Source: Dehalococcoidia bacterium (GTDB taxonomy: Bacteria; Chloroflexota; Dehalococcoidia; Bin125). Taken from it: a stretch of DNA of 64,000 nt. The stretch is taken from assembly GCA_963555985.3 (NCBI GenBank), contig OY820591.1:1472001-1536000 (forward strand), read 5' to 3'. Numbering within the stretch: the stretch's first letter is position 1; every line of letters begins with the position of its first letter. This document shows, one piece after another, positions 38,201-45,599 of the stretch. The position numbers and the translations under genes were made by a program. The notes under the pieces were generated by a model. The model ran no database searches. It saw only the letters and a list, made by a program, of their open reading frames with translations, and was not told the origin of the DNA.

Positions 38201-39085
38201 GGCGGTCGTGGTCGCGTCGCTGGCGGGGACGCTCGTCCACGCGCCGCGGCCGCTGCCGGCCTGCTGGAGCGCGTACTCGTAGCCGGTGATCGACGAGTCC
38301 GAGGGGTCGTCCCAGGCGAGGCGAACGCTCTGGTCGCCGGCGATGGCGGTCAGCCCGGTGGGCGCGGACGGCGGCACGGGCGTGGTCGCGGGCGGGGTGT
38401 AGGGACCGCTGGCGGCAGAGTTGACCCAGCCCGACCAGCCGTGCTCGTTGCCGGCGCGCACGCCGACGACGACGGTCTTGGCGTTGTCGACGCTGAACGA
38501 AATGCTGGTCGTCTGGACGTTGCGGTGATCGGGGACGGGCGCCTGCCAGCCCGAGCCGTCGTTGTAGGTGACGTGGTACTTGGTCGCCCCGTCCGGGGCG
38601 TCCCAGGAGGCGGTGGCGCTCCCGTCGGCGCGGGTGATGGAGACGCTGCTGACGGAGCCGGGCGGGTTGGCGGGCGGAGAGTCGGGCGGGGTGTAAGGGC
38701 CGCTGGCGGGGGAGTTGACCCAGCCGCTCCAACCGTGCGCGTTGCCGGCGCGGACGCCGACGACGACGGTCTTGGCATTGTCGACGCTGAACGAAATGCT
38801 GGTGGTCTGGACGTTGCGGTGGTCGGGGACGGGCGCCTGCCAGCCGCTGCCGTCGTTGTAGGTGACGTGGTACTTGGTCGCGCCGCTGGGCGCGTCCCAG
38901 GAGGCGGTGACGGTTCCGTCGGCGCGGGTCAGGTTGACGGAGGTGACGTTGCCGGGTGGGGAGGTGAGATCACTTCCACCATCGGCAAGGGAGTTGGCGA
39001 TGGTCGCCAGCGCCGCCAGTCCGGCGAGTAGCGCAACGGCCGCCAGCGCCAGTCTCCGCCGATTCCAATGTCTTGAGATAGTCAT
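35252..39085 (-). CDS. Large secreted fibronectin type III repeat protein with two C-terminal beta-sandwich domains
   Basis: Signal peptide RRRLALAAVALLAGLAA; several FN3 units (APTGLTAIAGDQSVRLAWDDP...ITGYEY...GLTNG..Y...RAAN); two related domains with A..F.TG.N.GGYTL. Confidence 0.88.
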   Translation of the reverse strand: MTISRHWNRRRLALAAVALLAGLAALATIANSLADGGSDLTSPPGNVTSVNLTRADGTVTASWDAPSGATKYHVTYNDGSGWQAPVPDHRNVQTTSISFSVDNAKTVVVGVRAGNAHGWSGWVNSPASGPYTPPDSPPANPPGSVSSVSITRADGSATASWDAPDGATKYHVTYNDGSGWQAPVPDHRNVQTTSISFSVDNAKTVVVGVRAGNEHGWSGWVNSAASGPYTPPATTPVPPSAPTGLTAIAGDQSVRLAWDDPSDSSITGYEYALQQAGSGRGAWTSVPASDATTTAYLVAGLTNGAAYTIYLRAANAHGGGAETQASATPNLPGIIVQDASGNALSALSVPEGGQVSYQVKLALQPTQDVEVCIGLSVRDNDDADITFQGEAADVVSLKLTFTPGNWDTAQTVTLVAAEDNDYADGARDLTHDAREYYSGKVDFTATEIDNDELSLTATRADDGLSASVSWSAYIGDGFQYYRVIVCNDSQYNGASCSGTVWTSAPIWSADSTGPVTAPGLDAGTGYGIILQIWRNGGALKLHDTLPALTAPAAPTGLSVTPGDGYLDIFWDTLTVSGVTGYDIRARTAGSSSWHDVASNVSGASHRYTTSETIDEVGVRARIGAVRGPWTDLARMPATDWLNTVQSSGGASIASAQSQSQLAAPTFGTITRDNARDEKLHVSWAAVTGASGYNLVCSDVDGWSWWQCGNTTSATNLTVDDGPRGDLHSARKYMVAVRAVTSDPADASDWKRSENIYPAFAELRNLTHSRSGGSVTLSWKPNFYTTGYEIDCAVSGSSYTRCATMSDQDDTAAQHSITISSWTVGGTTYNVDDGAAYNIKITSTNQWGKSATAMRAPLIDLIPNVSNLGEASDTFGQNVNANNSVATGFRTGTNSGGYTLQGVTLGFLAPSQATEAPLSVAIHAASSDNPAATATYTLTHVNGNAAAAGNATYACSGTCHLSDNTPYFLVLSSTSGPAYKWDTTDGDDETNTAHFGWSIDNGLKQLARGSWADRSWTGRFRVSATLAPYLSASNVAATTATLTIANHAGDWYYKHTNTGATCDGPVSGTTKNLTGLTAGTSYTYSAYSDSGCTSGNLLASASEFTTLAIVSVSTLSGGDNGVVNVGGGSPTQRVAQAFTTGSNTGGYTLSSIAIAFRATVGSPTDLEVTLHAASGLNPNTGTTLATLSGSSPSTAGSYTYTCSSGCDLSASTTYFVYIKAPNSASGSHYLATFTSSAATLTPSGNGWSIADKGRLQYVGVGWFESGSHYRIAVTATTK
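38390..38956 (-). repeat. Intragenic tandem duplication (294-bp period) of an FN3-like domain
   Basis: 38390-38662 and 38684-38956 nearly identical (ATKYHVTYNDGSGWQAPVPDHRNVQTTSISFSVDNAKTVVVGVRAGN twice). Confidence 0.92.
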
Positions 39086-39156
39086 AGATTTCCCACCTCT
39101 CGTCACTTGAATGATCCGATATCCAATCTATCACAATCCACACCTCTCTCCGCCTA

Positions 39157-39226
39157 GGGAGCGCTTTGCAACAGTCGCGATCTCCTCTCCCCCCGCACTG
39201 CGGGGGAAGAATGTTGCCAAGCTCCC
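39157..39226. repeat. REP hairpin enclosed by short inverted repeats (mini-MITE-like)
   Basis: GGGAGCGCTTTGCAACA (39157-39173) and TGTTGCCAAGCTCCC (39212-39226) around CCCCCGCACTGCGGGGG; left end overlaps CTAG. Confidence 0.55.
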
Positions 39227-39272
39227 CGCAGCCAATGTCAACAAGCCCTAGCATCAGCGCAGGAGGCAGGCC

Positions 39273-39659
39273 ATGCAGTTGACGCGGATGTACCAGGGCG
39301 AAGACGGAACCTCGCAGTTCGAGGACATCGAGATCGCGCTGAAGGAATTCGAGATCGGCGCCTTCACCCGCAATCTGCGCCCCGATCACATGTCCTTCCG
39401 CATCTCGGAACCCGGTCTGGTCAACGATTGGCACAACGCCTCGGCCAAGACCATGATCATCGTGATTCAGGGCTCGGTGCAGACCGAGGTCTCCAGCGGC
39501 GAGACGCGCAGCTTCGGCCCCGGCGAGATCTGCTACGCCGAAGACATCGAAGGCCCCGGCCACCTGACCACCGATCTCGAAGGCCCGCGCCTCAGCCTGA
39601 TGGTCTTCTTGCCCGACGACTTCGACGTCCACCGCTGGGCCCGCTCGTTTGAGGACTAA
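39273..39659 (+). CDS. Cupin-like protein
   Basis: YQGEDGTSQFEDI...DWHNA...G..QTEVSSGETRSFGPG.....ED..GPGH; AGGAGG SD. Confidence 0.8.
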   Translation: MQLTRMYQGEDGTSQFEDIEIALKEFEIGAFTRNLRPDHMSFRISEPGLVNDWHNASAKTMIIVIQGSVQTEVSSGETRSFGPGEICYAEDIEGPGHLTTDLEGPRLSLMVFLPDDFDVHRWARSFED

Positions 39660-39680
39660 TCCAGAGTTTGGAGACTGCGA

Positions 39681-40055
39681 ATGCAGATCACCCGTGTCTA
39701 CACCGGCGACGACGGCGAGTCGCACTTCGAGACCATCGACGTAGCGCTCAGCGAGAGCGGCTACGGCAACCTCTCGACGCTCCACGAAGCCGAGGGCGTC
39801 ATCTTCCGCGAGACGCCCGTCGGCGGCGAGCTGGACTTCCACAACGCGCCCCGCCGTCAGTTCGTGGTCACGCTCAGCGGAACGGTTGAGATCGAAGTCG
39901 GCGACGGCTCCAAGCTGCAACTTCGAGGCGGCGACATCCTCCTGGCCGACGACGTGACCGGCCGCGGTCACATCACCCGCGATCTCGAGGGCCCGCGCCG
40001 CAGCCTCTTCATCCCGCTGCCCCAGGATTTCGACGTCGATTCGCTGCGCGGCTGA
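39681..40055 (+). CDS. Cupin-like protein (tandem paralog)
   Basis: YTGDDGESHFE...DFHNAPRRQFV...GDG...GDILLADDVTGRGH. Confidence 0.85.
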   Translation: MQITRVYTGDDGESHFETIDVALSESGYGNLSTLHEAEGVIFRETPVGGELDFHNAPRRQFVVTLSGTVEIEVGDGSKLQLRGGDILLADDVTGRGHITRDLEGPRRSLFIPLPQDFDVDSLRG

Positions 40056-40060
40056 GCTCG

Positions 40061-40630
40061 CTAGTCGTCCTGCGCCGACGCCCAACGAAAGTAATGGTCG
40101 AATGCGCAGACCGTCAGCGCGTGCGTGATCGTCTTGTCGTTCATCATCTCCGCGATCTCGCTCAAGGGACGAGTCTCGACCTCAATCGCCTCACTCGATG
40201 TCCCCACCACATGGTCCTCATCAACCACGCGGGTCACGTTGAGCGCCAGAAACGACCAACAGCGGTTCTCTTGCAGCGCCGGATTGGGATGCACCCAGCC
40301 CAGTTCGATCGCGTCTTCGGCCTGGTAACCGGACTCTTCAAACAGCTCCCGCAGCGCCGCCTCCTTCGGCGACTCGCCCGGATCCACGATTCCGCCCGGA
40401 ATTTCGAGCGTCAACTCGCGCGTCCCGTGTCGGAACTGCTTCACGAAGATCACGTCGCCCTCGGGCGTCACCGGCAGGATGTTCACCCAGTCGGGAAACT
40501 CAAACACGAAAAAGCGATGTTCCCTACCCGATCGCGGATGCCGCGAGATGTCCTTGCGCAGCGCGAAAAAGCCGTAGTCCTCAAGCGTCTCCGAGGACAG
40601 TCGCCGCCAGTCGTCTATTCGCTCGGACAT
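40061..40630 (-). CDS. NUDIX hydrolase (ADP-ribose pyrophosphatase-like)
   Basis: Nudix box PGGIVDPGESPKEAALRELFEESG; QFRHG. Confidence 0.92.
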   Translation of the reverse strand: MSERIDDWRRLSSETLEDYGFFALRKDISRHPRSGREHRFFVFEFPDWVNILPVTPEGDVIFVKQFRHGTRELTLEIPGGIVDPGESPKEAALRELFEESGYQAEDAIELGWVHPNPALQENRCWSFLALNVTRVVDEDHVVGTSSEAIEVETRPLSEIAEMMNDKTITHALTVCAFDHYFRWASAQDD

Positions 40631-40641
40631 CTTGTCGCGCC

Positions 40642-41469
40642 TTATGTCGCCGCGTTGATGATCTTGGCGTACGTCTCGATCCGCAGGAAATCGTCCAATC
40701 CCGCGTCCTCAAGCTGCGCGCCCAGATTCTCGATCAGCGTCGCCTTGTAGCCGTCCACATCGATCCCCAGTTCCGCAACGTCCGCCTTGATCCGGCGCAG
40801 ACCCAAGGCAACCGCTCCCGCAAGCAGCAGCTGGCTCTGCCAGACATACATTCGCCCCGCCGGCGAGAGCCGCTCCACCAGCCGGGGCAGAATCGTATGC
40901 AGGAAATTCACATGCCGCACCTCGTCGCGCAGGATCAGCCGGAAGATCTGCTTGGCCAGCGGATCCACGTCGTCGAGCTCCAGCGTCTGCTGCAAGAACA
41001 GCGCCGCGAAATTCTCGCTGAACAGCGTTGAGGTCAACCAATTCTCAACCCGGTACAGACCCCAAGACGCCATCCCCCCGAAACGCTCGATCAGAAACTG
41101 CTCCGGCTTCGACAGATACCCATGCCCGCCCACTTCGGTCAGGTAGCGGTCGAGCGCGTAGACATGCCGCGCCTCGTCCTGGCATTGCGCCGCGAGATAG
41201 AGGTTGAGCGCCGGGTCTCGAAGCTGATGCGTCGCCTGGCTCATCATCACCTGGATCGTGTCGAGACCCATCACCTCAAGGCCCAGGAACACGTTCATCA
41301 TCCGCAGCCAGGCGGCGCGTTTCGCTGGCGGAATTTCCGAGCCCGCGCCCCAGTCCACGTCTCGGTCCGCGTTCCAGAGCCGGTCCCCCTGCTGCCGGAA
41401 GAGCGTGCGGAAGACGTCGACCTGTTCCGGGCTCTGCGGGCGTCGAACCGCATTCGGTGATCTGCGCAT
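40642..41469 (-). CDS. Ferritin-like diiron protein (AurF/desaturase-like class)
   Basis: Two E...DExRH sets (LEVM/CQDEARH; SENF/RDEVRH) and N-terminal WNADRDVDW. Confidence 0.8.
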   Translation of the reverse strand: MRRSPNAVRRPQSPEQVDVFRTLFRQQGDRLWNADRDVDWGAGSEIPPAKRAAWLRMMNVFLGLEVMGLDTIQVMMSQATHQLRDPALNLYLAAQCQDEARHVYALDRYLTEVGGHGYLSKPEQFLIERFGGMASWGLYRVENWLTSTLFSENFAALFLQQTLELDDVDPLAKQIFRLILRDEVRHVNFLHTILPRLVERLSPAGRMYVWQSQLLLAGAVALGLRRIKADVAELGIDVDGYKATLIENLGAQLEDAGLDDFLRIETYAKIINAAT

Positions 41470-41564
41470 AGACGACCTGCCTCGCGCAGAGCATATCGGC
41501 ATCACCCCAACCCGCGTGCGCCTCCAACCTGCGGGTGAACGAGCTGGGATCGTATACTGACGCC

Positions 41565-41999
41565 ATGGCGAGTGACGAGGGATTCAACCTAGACGACACG
41601 GTGCGAGCGCTCCGCGAGGCTGACGTCGTCGTAATCGGCTTCGGCTGGTTGTCGGAGCGCCTGCTCGTCGATGGCCGCCGAAACGAGTCCGACGGCCCCT
41701 ACATCCGCGTCGTCGAGCCGGTGCGATCGCCCCAGGACCGACTCAGACAGTTGAGCAAGCTGCGACCCAGCTTCGGCGACCCGGAGTCGTTCGTTTTCTT
41801 CCCCTGGGCTGGTCGAGTCGATGCATTCGTTGGCGCGGGACTGTTCGACCGCATCCTCGAACGATGCGCCGGAGACCCTACCGCAGAGGACGATGCAAGG
41901 GCCGCATTGCGGCGCTTGTACGAGCTCGATCGCGAGGACATCCGCCAGGCGATCTCCGGCGGCGAGAAATACCACACGCTCTACGAGCGTGTTCCCTGA
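41565..41999 (+). CDS. Conserved-looking hypothetical protein
   Basis: 144 aa, typical codon usage, TATACT-N6-ATG start. Confidence 0.7.
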   Translation: MASDEGFNLDDTVRALREADVVVIGFGWLSERLLVDGRRNESDGPYIRVVEPVRSPQDRLRQLSKLRPSFGDPESFVFFPWAGRVDAFVGAGLFDRILERCAGDPTAEDDARAALRRLYELDREDIRQAISGGEKYHTLYERVP

Positions 42000-42218
42000 C
42001 GCTTCGTCAGCCCGCCGACCGAATATTCGTTGCCAAGCGATCTCGCTTGCCCTATCTGGTAGACGAAATGCAGCCGGCTGACGAGTTTCCGTCAAGCCGC
42101 GTGCAAACGCTCTGTGTAGTGCGATACGCGGATAGAATTTCGTCATGGCGTACGACCGTGTGCGTGCCGCGGCTGTTGCAGTGCAGAAGCCGAACGATTG
42201 CGACGAAAGACGGAGCCT

Positions 42219-42434
42219 ATGGCGGAGAGCAAGACGCGGGGACGCAGGCGCGCCACAGGAACGAGAGCACAGCCCCCGGCAGAGCCGGAAGGCTGTGCGC
42301 ACAACTGGCAGATCGAACGTCCCGATCAGCAGGTGTCGCGGGGCGTGTGCAGCAAGTGCGGCGCCGAGAAAGACTTCCTCAACTACGGGGAAGAACTGCG
42401 TATGCCCTTCGGACGGCGGCGGCGCAGAGGCTAA
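42219..42434 (+). CDS. Small zinc-ribbon protein
   Basis: CAHNW...CSKCG; GGAG SD; basic termini. Confidence 0.65.
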   Translation: MAESKTRGRRRATGTRAQPPAEPEGCAHNWQIERPDQQVSRGVCSKCGAEKDFLNYGEELRMPFGRRRRRG

Positions 42435-42461
42435 GCCTCGGCGAGACTGTCCCTCCTCGAG

Positions 42462-43367
42462 CTACCGAGGCGGCGCGGTGACTTCGACCGACACCGCGAT
42501 GATCCGCTCAACCCCATACACCGCAACCTGATCGAAAGCGGCGGGACTCAACTGTAGATCCGTGTTTGAGTCCTGTGAGCCGCGCACCACCACGAGCACC
42601 TCCGTACCCACCACCTCAGCCTGCTCTTCGTCACTCAGCAGAGTCGCGCCCGGGAGCCGCGTGAGCCGCAAGGTCGTGCCCACCGGCCACAGTTTGGTGA
42701 AGACAGTTGCCGGTTCTGCCGGGTCATAGCCGGAGCCGTCCGCCAGGTTGCGCGGAATCCCTTCTGGCACGGGTTCAGCTGTGATCCGTTCGGCCGTGAG
42801 CGGAGCTCCGTCAATCTGCCCCGGCGTCACCGGATCAGCCGAAACGCTGGGCTCCAGCCGAGCCGGGTGGATAATGTCGCCGTCACCCGCCGCCGAATCG
42901 TCGGCGGCGCTCTGCTGCCCCGCCTCCGCCGCCGAAGCTGGTGCCGACGCGCTCTCCTCTGCCGGTTGCCCGCTCTCGCTTACAGTCGGCTCAGCACTCT
43001 CTGTCGCGTTCCGACTGTCGCTACTCGATGACGAATCGGCCGCCTGTGACGGAGCTGCCGACGATTGATCCGCTTGAGCCTGAGCTGCTGCCGTCTGCGC
43101 AGCCGCCGTCGGAGCAGCCTCGGCGGTACCGTCGTCATTGAGCAGTTCGGTGACGCCGAAATAGACGCCGACGCCAATCCCGCCCATCACTGCGAGCGGC
43201 AGCACGATCCGGAACAACCACGCGAACCGCCGCCGCAGCGGAGGACGCTCGTTGGGCAGCCTGAGCCGTCGATTCGGGTGGTAGGGAAAGTCGTCGGTAC
43301 CTCGCACCCGAATCTGCGGACTGGAGAAATCTCTCGCACCGCGAGAGTGCAATGGCTGGCGGCTCAT
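42462..43367 (-). CDS. Membrane-anchored protein with a C-terminal RlpA/DPBB-like domain
   Basis: Single TM, Ala/Ser linker, then ADGSGYDP...WPVGTTLRLT...VLVVVR...LQLSPAAF. Confidence 0.65.
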   Translation of the reverse strand: MSRQPLHSRGARDFSSPQIRVRGTDDFPYHPNRRLRLPNERPPLRRRFAWLFRIVLPLAVMGGIGVGVYFGVTELLNDDGTAEAAPTAAAQTAAAQAQADQSSAAPSQAADSSSSSDSRNATESAEPTVSESGQPAEESASAPASAAEAGQQSAADDSAAGDGDIIHPARLEPSVSADPVTPGQIDGAPLTAERITAEPVPEGIPRNLADGSGYDPAEPATVFTKLWPVGTTLRLTRLPGATLLSDEEQAEVVGTEVLVVVRGSQDSNTDLQLSPAAFDQVAVYGVERIIAVSVEVTAPPR

Positions 43368-43428
43368 AGTTGCAGCCTATGGCATATCCGGAGCATCCGG
43401 CGTCGTCTCAGACCGTTAAGATCAAGCG

Positions 43429-43791
43429 ATGGAGACAAAGCTGATCCGCTGCCCCAACTGCGCCAGCCGGCTCGAAGTCGGAGTACCGCCCGAAACCGGC
43501 CGCACGCGCCGCGTCGTCACCCTCTGTCGTGCTTGCAATCACGATCTGGTCGTCTCACGCGGGCGCAAGCCTGACGAACCCCCCCGCATCCGCGCCTGCA
43601 AGCGTTGGGCCGTCACCTGCCCCTACTGCAAAGAACCCACAATCGCCCGCGTTCCACCCGCAGGCGTGCTGCGCCGCAAAGAAACCGCCCCCTGCCGGCA
43701 TTGCCGAAAACCGCTGATCGTAGAGCGCCGCGAAGAAGGCAAGCTCGTGCTCCGGGCGCACCGAGGCATCCTCGAAGGCGCGCTGCTCTAG
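43429..43791 (+). CDS. Double zinc-ribbon protein
   Basis: Four CxxC motifs (CPNC, CRAC, CPYC, CRHC) in two repeats; very basic. Confidence 0.75.
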   Translation: METKLIRCPNCASRLEVGVPPETGRTRRVVTLCRACNHDLVVSRGRKPDEPPRIRACKRWAVTCPYCKEPTIARVPPAGVLRRKETAPCRHCRKPLIVERREEGKLVLRAHRGILEGALL

Positions 43792-43924
43792 CAGAGGTGT
43801 TGCGCGTCCCTCGCACCTAGAGCCTGTTCACACAACCACGAGCGCGGTCGGCCCGCACGCGCGCTGGTCTCGAGGCTGAGCCTCGGCGCTCCCTGCCCCG
43901 CCCTCCTCCACCGAGGCGAAACCG

Positions 43925-44275
43925 GATATACTCAGAACATATACACGCACGAATCCAATCGGAGACCGCTGTGCCCCGTGAACGCCTCGCGCCAAACCTG
44001 AACAGTGCTGGACAAGCCCGGATTCGCCTGGAAAAAATCCGCCCGAATCGAGATCAATCCAGACAGATCTGGACAAATCTGGACAAATCCAGACCCACGA
44101 ACGCACGATCCTCAGCGCTCGCCAGAAGATCCGGTCAATCCCTCCGAAATTCTCCCGAGCCTGCGGATTCCAACCGCCCGAGTCCCTACCGTGCCCAAAG
44201 TCGCATCGCGGCCTTGCCGGCCCCAACTGCCGGAAAACCGAACAAATCTGGGCGGGTACAGCCCGCTGATGTAAT
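43925..44275 (+). repeat. 10-bp-phased intergenic element, copy B
   Basis: Decamers 43991-44100 (...AGACAGATCT GGACAAATCT GGACAAATCC AGAC), then CCGAAATTCTC; further CCGGAAAACCGAACAAATCTGG at 44230-44251. Confidence 0.72.
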
Positions 44276-44441
44276 CGCTGCTACGCAGCGCCGCCCCGTT
44301 GACGACCGAAGCGCTGCTCTCTAGTGACCGACGCGGGCGGCGACACTACGATCTGAAAAATGCGTGTGGCAGAGTAGGTCGTAGAGCACGCGAAGTACTC
44401 ACCCATCTTCCACTGCGAGCAGAGAGCGAGACTCGGAGACC

Positions 44442-45599
44442 ATGAGCGATTACGACCAGCGCGCGATCGAGATGCATCGAGAGTGGGGCGGCAAGGTCGA
44501 CTACGCATCGAAAGTGACCGTACGCGACCACGACGACCTCAGCGTCGTCTACACGCCCGGCGTCGCCGCCCCCTGCATGGAAATCCACCGAGACCCTTCG
44601 CTTGCCCGAGTGATGACCGGAGTCGGCAACCTGGTCGCTGTGATCACAGACGGTTCCGCCGTCCTCGGTCTCGGCGACATTGGCCCGCAAGCGGCCCTAC
44701 CGGTGATGGAGGGCAAATGCGTGCTCTTCCGCGAGTTCGCCGGTGTTGACGCCATCCCGATCGCCCTGGCCGTCCGCGAAGTCGACGACATCGTGGCCGC
44801 GATCGAGGCGATCGCGCCCTCCCTGGGCGGCATCAACCTCGAAGACATCTCCGCCCCCCGCTGCTTCGAGATCGAGCGCCGACTCCACGAGTCGCTTTCG
44901 ATCCCCGTCATGCACGACGACCAGCACGGGACTGCCGTGGTCGCGTTGGCCGGCGTGATCAACGCGCTCCGCCTCACCAACCGCGATTTCAAGGACATCC
45001 GCACCGTCGTGCTTGGCGCTGGCGCCAGCGGCATCGCCTGTTCCGCAATCCTGCGCGAGATGGGCTGCGAAGACATCTCCCTGATCGACTCCAAAGGCCT
45101 CCTCACGGTCGACCGCGAAGACCTCAACCCCTGGAAGCGCGAAGCCGCCGAGTGGTTCCCCCACAACAACAACCCCGACGGCGGCATTCCCCAGACCTCA
45201 CAGGTGATGCGCGGAGCCGACCTCTTCCTCGGTCTCGCCGGACCTGGCTTGGTCACCGTCGCCGACGTCGCCTCGATGAACGAAAACGCGATGGTCTTCG
45301 CCATGGCCAACCCCACGCCGGAGATCATGCCCGACGAGGCGGCTGAAGCCGGCGCCGCGATCGTGGCCACCGGGCGCTCCGACTTCGCCAATCAGATCAA
45401 CAACGCGCTTGGCTTCCCGGGCATGTTCCGCGGCCTGCTCGACGGCGGCATCCCCAAGATCGAAGACGAGCACAAGATCGCAGCCGCCCAAGCGATTGCC
45501 GACTTCGTCGAAGAACCGACCCCCGACCGGATCGTGCCGAGCATCTTTGAGGAAGGCCTCGCCTACAAGGTCGCCGAAGCGGTCCAAGCAGCCGGTTAG
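44442..45599 (+). CDS. NAD(P)-dependent malic enzyme (short form, no PTA domain)
   Basis: YTPGVA, DGSAVLGLGDIG, PVMEGK, NLEDISAPRCF, HDDQHGTA, GAGASG, ANPTPE, TGRSDF.NQINN. Confidence 0.95.
   Translation: MSDYDQRAIEMHREWGGKVDYASKVTVRDHDDLSVVYTPGVAAPCMEIHRDPSLARVMTGVGNLVAVITDGSAVLGLGDIGPQAALPVMEGKCVLFREFAGVDAIPIALAVREVDDIVAAIEAIAPSLGGINLEDISAPRCFEIERRLHESLSIPVMHDDQHGTAVVALAGVINALRLTNRDFKDIRTVVLGAGASGIACSAILREMGCEDISLIDSKGLLTVDREDLNPWKREAAEWFPHNNNPDGGIPQTSQVMRGADLFLGLAGPGLVTVADVASMNENAMVFAMANPTPEIMPDEAAEAGAAIVATGRSDFANQINNALGFPGMFRGLLDGGIPKIEDEHKIAAAQAIADFVEEPTPDRIVPSIFEEGLAYKVAEAVQAAG

Noticed and set aside
38390-38956. DGR template/variable repeat pair
   Set aside because: Both copies are in frame in one gene, differences are largely synonymous and not adenine-specific, and no reverse transcriptase is present.
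37068-39031. Long alternative ORFs (554 aa minus, 639 aa plus) over the FN3 gene
   Set aside because: Shadow frames caused by extreme GC3; Arg/Pro- or Gly/Val-biased with no motifs. The same applies to long antisense ORFs over pheT, accC, thrS, oppDF and aceE.
43817-43835. Solo IS end CTAG-AGCCTGTTCACAC
   Set aside because: Resembles IS5-type termini but is short and has no partner inverted repeat.
43991-44100. CRISPR array or simple VNTR
   Set aside because: Units are 10 bp, degenerate and have no unique spacers; no cas genes in the window.
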